Shown here one piece after another: positions 54,991 to 64,000 of a stretch of 64,000 bases of DNA. Every line of letters begins with the position of its first letter. Position 1 is the first letter of the stretch. The notes beneath the pieces are model-generated. The model saw nothing but the letters and a program-made list of their open reading frames with translations, was not told the origin of the DNA and did no database searches. The stretch is from Lama guanicoe (lineage: Eukaryota): assembly GCA_013239625.1 (NCBI GenBank), contig MU054212.1:5614270-5678269 (forward strand). The letters run 5' to 3'. The translations under genes were made by a program, and so were the position numbers.

Positions 54991-55149
54991 ATAGCCTTAG
55001 ATGTAGTTAGTAATTCACTCAGCAAACCACTTGCTAGACCCCTCCTGGTTCAGGCACCATGCTGGACTCTTGATACAGATTAAATAAAGACATTGTGAGC
55101 TATGGAAACACATAGAGGAAGCAGCCAACCCTGCTGGAGAGGGACTCAG

Positions 55150-57306
55150 CCAAGGTCTTTAAGTTATTTCATATTGTTAACTTATTTGTATTTTTAAGTT
55201 TTATCTCTCCCTTTAATATTTGGGGAAGAGGTACTTGGGGACACAGAATTTCTGCCAAATCAAAGTTCCCCAAAAACCATGTGAAAATGGTGATTGTAAA
55301 AGGATTCTTTTGCTAACTCTTCTTTGCCTAAGAAGATTTTATTCAAAAAAGAATAATTATTAAGGAATCAAGTATGCATATTTTTTGGATTTTTACAAGG
55401 TAAGAAACGTTGTTTTGTGTTCGATATACCCTGGTGTGCATGTAGAACCTCTAAACTAAACTTTAATGAGTAATATTTTATCATGATTTTCCCACAGTAA
55501 TATATGGCATATTTCCAACTTTTCTCCATGCATTCGAATCTTAATAACACAAAGAAACTTTAACCGTGCCTTTTGACTGGTGTGTCTGATGAACAGTTAT
55601 GTCATGCCCTTTAGTTCATATTTAAATACAATTTTAAAGAATGGAAATTAAAAGAAGTCCCATTTACTTTGTCATAGTTACTTGTCTTTTCTCTCTTCTC
55701 TCCATGTATAATTTTAACGTACAATAAAATTCTCTGTTCAAATGTGGCAATGTCTTTTTAAAAGTCTCCACCAAACAGCCAGCAAACCAGCTTAGCAACT
55801 TTCCTGGGTGGATTCTTCTATGAATAATTAGCCCTGAGCAATGAAACTGTCCAGCAACGCCTCCTCTTGAAAGCTTTGATCCATGAGAGACTGCAGGATT
55901 CACAACAGAGGGGTTCCTTTCATGGTACATCTGAATATTGAGCAGGAAAAGGAAATTGTTTCCTTCATTTTCATGCACCAGACTCTGGCATCCTGGTAGT
56001 GGTCTGAGCAATTATGCTGTGTGTGTGGTGGTGGGGGTGGGACAACCACCCTAGTGAGACAGGCCTTCCCATCTCACCCCCTGCCAATCAGGAAACGCTT
56101 TCTTTCTGGTTTCTCAAACCCTATCTTCAAAAACTGAAATTACATGACTCATTTGTTTTGATACCATCGAAGTTTTGCTGACAGCGTGGAATTTTAACTG
56201 CCCTACGTTAACAAGTATATTCTTCAGGTAATTAGACAGATAAGTCAATTCGTTAAGGGTCTAGAAATGAAAACTTAACTCGTTCATTCCAGTCCCTCCT
56301 CTCACACCCCTCTCTCAGGGTGGGCATTAGGGGATCAAAGAATTGCGTGACAAAAGACGGTACAGGTACGAGATGTTAGAACCTAGAAGAAAGTCCCATC
56401 CAATAATTCTATGCAAAGAGCCACAGACTAACCATATTATGTAGGGCCTGAAATAATATCTTAGATGACACATAGGTAGATGAATTTGGTGATGGATATT
56501 TCTAGACTGTGCAATATAGTTAATTTTTTTTACCAAAATGTGTTGTGCCAAAGAGTCAGTGGTTTTAATCACATTGGAGGAGCACTCATTTGGAGGAGTA
56601 GTTTCAGTAGCTATGTTTTATGGTTCTTATTATATAATAAATTCCTTAAGGCAAGAACAGCGTCATCATACTTTCTGTGTTCATCACAATACCTGATAAG
56701 GTGTCAGAAACATTGATAATCAATAAATATTACTTGGATGAATGTATTTGAGTAGGTAATCACTTGAAAGTAGCCAACACACAGAAAAGAAGATGTCTAA
56801 GGAGATCAAGGTTTTTATCTGGATTCATTCATTGCTGGTTTTGAAAATTCTTAAATCTCTCAAATGTACTGGGTCTCTAATGTTTTAATACACATACATA
56901 AAAAGTAGGGTAAATAGAGGTGCTCTCTGAGGTTATTTTTATTCATTCAACAATGCTTATTTAGTGCAAAGTAAAAGAGAGACTGTATTACACATAATAT
57001 ATATAATACATATATATAATATATAATACATCTACATAGGTTATATATATATATGGTTGTCTCTAAGTGTGAAACTCTGTAAGCAATGCAATTTGAAAAT
57101 CACTCAAACGTTTCCTCACTGTCCCTAGCCAGTAAGCCTATGGACTATGAGTTGTCTTCTAAAATACCTGATTACACCAACTTGAGTTCATTTGATCAAA
57201 GACATTGATTCAGATAGCTCACTTCCAGTAGGAAGTTGGAAACCAGACTTGGTCTGTGATCTCAGAGGGGTATGAATACTACACACTGGTCATTGTGGTT
57301 ACCCAG
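55150..57306 (+). pseudogene. Next complete USP unit (blocks ~55150-55399, 55498-55924, ~56110-56227, 56319-56590, ~57100-57306)
   Basis: LFVFLSFI; FYSKK/E*LLRNQV then donor; IYG; KRSPIYF; FFYE*LALSNETVQQRLL; MNLV...FTK...QWF; KYL...DIDS...RLVCD, all in CYLD order. Donors at 55400, 56228 and 57307. Confidence 0.75.
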
Positions 57307-58160
57307 GTAAGACTTCCTTATTTCGGCTCGGCACACAAAGGCGGGCAGGAACAGCAGATGGGATCATCTGTTATCTTTAGCACTGTACGCCTGCCCAAGT
57401 ACGGCAGGATGGGGCAAATCCCACAAAACACAGCCAGGGCTGCGATCACCCAGCCGCAGGTCAGATACAGTTGAGATCACACTTTTCCTGAGTGGTGAGC
57501 TACAAACGACCTTCCTGGCTTGTTCCTTGAGCTCCCTTCCCACATCAAAGAGATCAGCCAGGCAAAGCAGGTGTTTTCAGGGTACGAAAAAGCCCTCCAA
57601 GAACGCTTCTAAAAGGTATGGGGAATGTATTTTCAACTTAAATGTATTTTCATACTACCAGCACCCTAAATTTGCCATTTCGCAGAAAATCCCTTTTTCC
57701 TCTCCTTCCTACATTTTTCTTAGCCTTTGAGGAATGTGGCATAGTAAAGATATCCTAGAAAACAAAGAAAACAAAACTAAAAAAAGAACTCCATTTGCAC
57801 TGTAATGGAATCTGAAAATAAGGGTTGAGACGGCCCTTTGCCAGGCCTGAATCTGGCTAAGACTCTGTAACATGGAAATGCCAACTCATAGAGAGACAAG
57901 AAATAACTTGGATATGAAGATGCTCCGAGATTCAAAGAACTGCACAATTCAAAGACTTGAAAGCTACTGGCCTCTTCTTATACGAGGCACATGGGACACT
58001 TATCAGAGACTGAACACAGGACTGAGCTAATAATAGCTTATTTGAAGTTGGCACCCAGGCTTTTGAGATATGAGCTTTAGAAAAGAACTGGAAACAAAGG
58101 TAATCAGACCAACCTCCTCGAGAAGGCCATTCCAGTAAAAGAAGGAGTGGTACCCAGAGC

Positions 58161-58291
58161 TTCATGGTCTTAGCTAGTTTCTTGGCCAGCCTTGGGCTGA
58201 AGCAACATGGCAGGACTGAGAGCAGTAAGAAGTGGAACAACAAATGGACCCTGGAACCACATTTCTGAGGACCAGCAGCATACGTAATTTG
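58161..58291 (+). pseudogene. SAM-domain-like remnant
   Basis: LASFLASLGLKQH...EQQMD...RNL followed by donor |GTGAGC; pattern resemblance only. Confidence 0.4.
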
Positions 58292-58488
58292 GTGAGCAAC
58301 AGTATAATCTGAAATAATATCTGAAGGAAAATGACAACAGGAAAGTGAAACGTTTTGAGCAATGGTCTATCTCACAGTAGAGTCTTTCACAATGACAAAA
58401 ATGGAGTCTCTGCCAGTGTCTCTAACGTATGTTTAATTTCTTATATAAATCTCTCATCTCTTCTGCACTCATTTGACTTGTCTTTTAG

Positions 58489-58711
58489 GGCACAGCTTCT
58501 TAAACTGGAAAGGAAACTGCTGAATCTCAAATTACACTTTCTCAAACAATGACAGTCCTCACTGCCAACATCTAGAACACACCCTTCTTTAATTCATGCT
58601 ACCTGATGAAGCACAGCATTTTCTGCAGCCCTCTGAGTTGTTAAAAGAATGTTGAAACTGCAAACACAAAAAAAACAAACGTTTAGAATGAAATAAACCA
58701 AAGGCTAATTG
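58489..58711 (+). pseudogene. Last USP unit, Cys-box exon
   Basis: tcttttag| ... |gtaagg; ttt aat tca tgc tac ctg = FNSCYL (58588-58605) vs CYLD YNSCYL; ends EINQRLI vs EIVNPLRI. Confidence 0.85.
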
Positions 58712-58789
58712 GTAAGGGATTGAATGAAGTCCAAAACAGGAACTCATCTAAAGCAAGCTTCTACAAAGAAATCTATGTTTTACTTATTT

Positions 58790-60290
58790 TACTTTTTTAT
58801 ATGAGTTTCAGGTGTACAGCATTATAGTGCAACATCTGTATACATTACAGAGTTACCGCCACCCCAAGTCCAATGACCATCTGTCACCATACAGTTGACC
58901 TCCTTCACCCATTTCACTCATCTCCCTGACCCCTTCCCCCTCTGGTAACTACAGATCTGTTCTCTGTATCTATGAGTTTGCTTTTGTTTCATTTGGTTTA
59001 TTCATTTGTTTGGGGTTTTGCTTTTTATTTTTTTTAGATTCCATATGAGTCATACTTGTTTCACACCATCTTACTTATTTCACTTAGCATAATACCCTCC
59101 AGTTCATCCATGTTGTCACAAATGGCAGGGTTTCATGCCATTTTTTTTAACTACATCTTCTTTATCCATTCATCTGTCAATGGACACTTAAATTGTTCCA
59201 TATCTTAGCTATTGTAAATAATGCTGCAATGAACATAGGACTGCATATATCCCTTCAAACTAGTGTTTTCCTGTTCTTTGAATAAATACCCAGAAGTGGA
59301 ATAGCTCAGTCACACGGTTGTTCTGTTCTTAATCTTCTGAAGAATCTCCATACTGTTTTCCATAGAGGTTGCACCAATTCACAGTCCCACCGACAGTGGC
59401 CAAGGGTTCCCTTTTCTCAGCATCTTCTTGAACATTTGCTATTTCTTGTTTTTTCAATAACAGCCTTTCTAACAAGTGTGAGGTGATACCTCATTGTTGT
59501 TTTGATTTACAGCTCCCTGATGATTAGTGATACTGAGTGTACTTCATGGGTCTGTTGGCCATATCTATGTTTTCTTTGGAAAAACATCTGTTCAGATCCT
59601 CTGTCCATTTTCAGATAGGGTGTTTTTTGTTGTTGTTGAGATCTATGAATTCATTATATATTTTGGATAGCCAATCCTTACTGGATGTATGATTTACAAG
59701 TATTTTCTCCCATTCAGTAGGTTGCCTTTTTTTTTTTTATCCTGGTTTCCTCCATATGAAAAGTCTCATTTGGTTATTTTTGCTTTTCTTTCCCTTGCCT
59801 TCGAAATCAGATCCACATAAATATCACTAAGACTAATACCAGTGAGTTTATCACCCATGTTTTCTTCTATGACTTCTATGGTTTCAGATCTTACATTCAA
59901 ATCTTTAATCCATTTTGAGTTAACTATTGAGTATGGTAGAAGGTAACGGTCTAGTTTCATTCTTTTGCATGTGACTGTCTAGTTTCCCAATACCATTTAT
60001 TGAACAGGCTGTCCTTTCTCCATTGTATGTTCTTTGTTCCTTTGTCATAAATTAATTGTCTGTATAGGTGCAAGTTTATTTCTGGGCTCTCAGATCTGTT
60101 CCATTGATTGGTGTGCCTGCTTTGGTGCCAATACTACACTCTTTTGATTACTTTAGCTTTGTAGGAAGTTTGAAATCAGGGAGCATGCTCTCTCCAGCTT
60201 TGTTCTTCTTTCTCAAGATTGCTTGGGTTATTTGGGGTCTTTTGTGGTTCCATAAAAATTTTAGAATTATTTGTTCTAGGTTTGTGAAAC
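58790..60290 (-). mobile_element. L1 3' region in an intron
   Basis: ORF 59766-59960 [24 protein letters not shown] matches L1 ORF2. Confidence 0.92.
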
Positions 60291-60416
60291 ACATGACTCA
60301 AAAATTTCAAATCAAATATGAACTTTTTCTCCTTGGTAAATCATGGCTCCAGTTTTATATGGCTCAGTTTGAAATAGCAATGCATTCTTATTTTTTTTAA
60401 CTTATTAAAATGATAG

Positions 60417-60600
60417 GAGAGAACATGGAAAATCAAAATATGAGGTTTGGGGTCTTCACTCCCTGGGAAAACAGGGAGAAGCTCTTTTTCAGAGAAGGTC
60501 TGTGTGGCAGATATTTTCATTTTTTTCTTTCACACTTCAACTTCACTATAACAGTAGTTTTCAACATACAAACAAACAAAAAGGAGGGGGCTTCTTTTGG
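60417..60600 (+). pseudogene. Last USP unit, middle exon remnant
   Basis: tgatag|; REHG...SSFSEKVCVADIF vs RIYG...SGFTSEEKDPEEF. Confidence 0.45.
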
Positions 60601-60878
60601 CCTTGATGAAAGCTTAGCTTATATTTATTTTATTTATATAGCTACCTAAGATTTGTCCTGTCAGTTTAAACACTGTCTTTTTCAAATACTTGCTATTTCC
60701 TTAAAAAAAAAAATCTCGTAATTAGTCCTAAGAAACCATAAATGTGCAAACTGTTAGTTCCTATGTCTTAATATTTTTAGTTTGAATTTAGTTTGCATGT
60801 TAGGTAGACATCCTAATATTAAAATACTTTCAGTATTTCCTACAACGCTTGGAATCCAAAACTTTTATTCCACAATAG

Positions 60879-60987
60879 GACCTGACACTGGTAGATAACA
60901 TCTCACCACTGAACTTCGAGCCTCTTCGCGACATTGTGGGGTATGTCAGAAACCAGCTCACTGGTACTGTTCACTGATTATCTTAAG
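60879..60987 (+). pseudogene. Last USP unit, B-box first half
   Basis: ccacaatag| ... AAG|GTAAGT; DLTL...SSRHCGVCQKPAHWYC vs SLEL...TPRQCRICGGLAMYEC, same R-C-C-A-C spacing. Confidence 0.85.
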
Positions 60988-62329
60988 GTAAGTAGGTGCT
61001 ATTGATTTGTTAGCCACAACTGTCCCAAATTAGACTTGAGCAGTGAGACACAGGTACCAGGTGAAATGTTCAGAAGAATGGAGCTTAGAGGACTGAGTGA
61101 ACAGAACGGAAGCTGGACGATCCAGAGAGAAAACAGGAAGTAGGAGATAAGATGCCCCGACCCCCCCACCCCGAGAAAAGATGACTCAGACAAGGTAAAT
61201 TCTGCTGACAGCTGTGCCTCAGGGAAACATTAGTCAGCGGCTGCAATCTGACTAGAAAGCAGGAAGTGAAGAGATCCTGACCACCTTGTCAGAGGCAAAG
61301 GCAGAAAGCATTAGAGGCGGAGAGGTGCTTGCTAGCTCGGAGTTGAGCTGAGTTTTTCCTCCAGCACTCAACACATTCAGGGAAGCTGGAAGACTGCTCA
61401 CTGGAATGAGCCTTGCCTGATTGCCTCTTTATTTATCTCTAAGGCGAAGGATTATGTGAAAAAGGCTTTGGAGACTAAATTCTACAGGAACTATGAATCT
61501 TTGCGATCATAATTGCATATAAAATTCACAGTTCATTAAGATTTTAAATATATCTTTGTGGACTACTGCTTGCTTGCCCTGTATCTTAAGGGGCAGTGAG
61601 GATGAGAATTCAGCCACTTGAAAATAGTCATGAAACTAACTCAGAAAATGCACAGAAAATGCATAGAGGGAAGTATTATCACAGCACTGACAACATACAT
61701 CATTATCCCTTTCTTGGGAGAGAGACAGCTTGATTCTAAATTAACCATTAATTTAGCCAATTTAAGGCGAGTCATCTGAGGAACACCTCTTAGTTTTTCT
61801 CTCTTGCTCATGATAGAAAAAAGTTCTCAGAAAGTAGCCTGTGTACCAAAGACTAGTTAAGTTTCGAAGAGCCCAGGGACTGGGGAAGCTAGGGCCAAGG
61901 GGCAGAGCTGCCAACCACCACTTAAGTATTAAAACCACGTCCCTCCCTCTGTGAAGTGTTAATGGACTCGGTCCAACTCCTTGCAGACATCTGTCTACAT
62001 CACACGTAAAATAAATTTAAATTGGCAGCGTCAGCAGAGAAAATGAGATTTCATGGGTGTGGAGACAAACCAGCCCTTCAGGTGAGAAGTGACCTCATGC
62101 ACTAGACAGTGTTTTTACCGTGGGCTCTGAGAAGCCAAACATTTTAAACACCTTTCTCACTGTTTCCTGCCCCAGAAAGAGCAGGTAAAACTAGTGATGC
62201 CCTCAGACCTCCTGTGATAAGAAACACATCAAATTCCAGGAGCATTTGTAGCTATTGCGTAACAGTGGTGATCATACATTTATGGGCTTACTTACTTTTA
62301 CTCAGTTAAAACTCATTTATTCCTCACAG

Positions 62330-62555
62330 ACAGTTTATTATGAGGCAAGCGGGGGTGGCTACTATTGTTACTGCTTTTCCATTTTTTAAACAGAGTCATT
62401 TGATACTCATCCTTGCTAAAGAAAACATGCAAAACCACAATGGTGATCTGTAGCACTTCGATAGAGTCTAAACATTCTCTTGTAATATGAACAATGAATG
62501 CGTTACAAGTGAGCAGCGGCTCCTTAAAAATGGTTACTGACACCTCCAATGACAC
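62330..62555 (+). pseudogene. Last USP unit, B-box second half and His box
   Basis: cctcacag| ... |gtaagt; YYCYC...THPC*RKH vs QFCKTC...LHPKRLNH; IESKH (62461-62475) vs IETSH; KWL vs AWL. Confidence 0.75.
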
Positions 62556-62934
62556 GTAAGTTCCTACAGAAGGTCCTACTGGCTTTATTTCTCTTTCACA
62601 TCATCTCATCTAAGATAGAAGCACGAAAGCTAATGCTACTACTATTAATAATAATAAACACCGGGCTGTCTTTTGTGTATTATTTATCTCACTTTAGCTT
62701 TCTCCCAGACATTGTCATCAGTGGTACAGGTTATGAATAATATGAATTATAAACGATAACTAATAATTTTCTTATGCAAAACTAAAGGATCATATAGTTG
62801 TTCATTTTTCAGCCTAAGTATAAAATTAATACATGTATTTGGGGTGTGTATGTGTGCATGTGTGTGTATGCTGGGGGTTGCGATGGCGTTGGAAATATAT
62901 GTTTGTTTACCAAAAATGTATATCTGAAACCAAG

Positions 62935-63093
62935 TCACCATCAATATTATTACTGCGTCAGTGATGACTGCAGGAATATGTTTAGATGTGTATCAATGAC
63001 ACTTTGGAGATCGCCATTCATCACATTGAATACTCTCTTGATGGAGTAAAAGTTGTTTCCACTTCCACTGGTTGTATTTTGGGTGGTGTTTGA
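62935..63093 (+). pseudogene. Probable terminal exon remnant
   Basis: CRNMFRCVSMTL vs CYLD CPEVGEYLKMSL; TGA at 63091-63093 in a shifted frame. Confidence 0.55.
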
Positions 63094-64000
63094 TGACATC
63101 AATCTGCTATTCAGTACAAGAAAGGATTTAGATGATGCTAGGAATTTTTGGTCACGTGTTCTTTAAGTGACATGTACCATCATGATGTTGAGCTCTGGAG
63201 CTGAAGTGTGTGGGGTGTGGTTGGGGAGGTGTTTCGAGGAAAAGAGCAAGCAGAGGGATACCAGACAGGCTGCTTTATCATGGGAACAGAGCAGAAGCCC
63301 AATTTTCCTACTTTAGTACAAGATGGAAACACCAGATAAACAGTAAAAACCACTTAAAAGCAGTTTTTTTCAATCTCTTTCAGCTGAGGTCAGACATTGC
63401 TCTCATGATTGAAACAGAAATATTTATAGATAAGATTCTGGATATAAATTCGGGAAATTAAAAAGTGATGAAACGAAGGTAGGGCCAAAAAAACATTTTC
63501 CAAATCATAGGGATTCACTGATCAAAATTAAAATTCTGCATCGATAGGTACTTCTACAATCTACAAATCTATACCAAAATGGTTCCCTTGCTGTCATCAA
63601 CTGGAAGGAAAAAGCTTGTCTGAATTCCTTCAAAAACAGAGAAAACCGTAGTCGTCTCTATCCCTGTCTTCTCCACAAGTCTCAGACATTCTTGGAGCCC
63701 CAGGATAGCAGCTGTTTGCACTGATCAGTTGCAGTAAGTGGCGTAAGGAAATTCGAGGCACTGCAGTCTTAGGAATGAAGGGGCCATATCAACAAAGTCA
63801 CCAAATTCACTGACCATTGTTCTGCCTTATTTTTCTTATGGAGATTATTAAAATACCATTAAAATACCATCAAAGAGTCCCAGTAGAAAAAAAAAGATCT
63901 ATTTTTATCAACCATCAGTACCATTCCCTAGATGTTAATTAAAATCCCACATACGTTATCAAAGAAATCACTTTTTTCACCAGAATTTTGAGATGGCACG

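Larger units (their letters stand above)
33740..63093 (+). pseudogene. Unitary pseudogene of a CYLD-like deubiquitinase paralogue with tandem USP domains
   Basis: More than 15 exon-like blocks, many with AG/GT ends, whose broken translations follow CYLD USP motifs in order and repeatedly: FNSCYL, SYLD-TLLLLF, IFMQKTE, PSYL, KFKPSL, RHCGVCQKPAHWYC, VSLP, LETS/IESKH, RLVCD. Alignment is by eye. Confidence 0.85.

Noticed and set aside
51050..56011. Minus-strand readings resembling EF-hand (EFCAB-like) repeats, including ORF 55664-56011
   Set aside because: Similarity was vague; the plus strand of the same DNA gives specific, ordered CYLD motifs with matching splice sites.
60879..60975. Alternative frame EPLRDIVGYV resembling CYLD NPLRIYGYV
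   Set aside because: The B-box frame fits exon order, and the next exon supplies the second half of the B-box; likely coincidence.
1143..64000. Further desmocollin or desmoglein exons
   Set aside because: No cadherin-repeat motifs recognised; DSG1 is expected beyond the right edge.

Overview
Mammalian genomic DNA, most likely camelid (several tRNA-derived SINEs of the camelid vic-1 type). The left end holds coding exon 1 of desmocollin-1 (DSC1, minus strand, 1080-1142), so by synteny the rest should be DSC1-DSG1 intergenic DNA; 1.4-33 kb is mostly old repeats (L1, L2, MIR, MaLR/ERVL, MER). The main result comes from my manual translation and by-eye comparison with human CYLD as I recall it (no database search was run). 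About 33.7-63.1 kb appears to be a large, heavily decayed, multi-exon plus-strand gene related to the deubiquitinase CYLD. It has a CpG-island first exon, weakly CYLD-like N-terminal/CAP-Gly remnants and a tandem array of roughly 7-9 partial or complete CYLD-type USP domains. A SAM-like segment precedes the last USP copy, which keeps the catalytic-Cys motif (FNSCYL), the B-box cysteines and an IESKH His motif. A 1.4-kb piece of this pseudogene (47601-49003) is displaced and inverted, marked by a perfect 76-bp inverted duplication. The ORF track misses the gene because frames break every few dozen codons or less.
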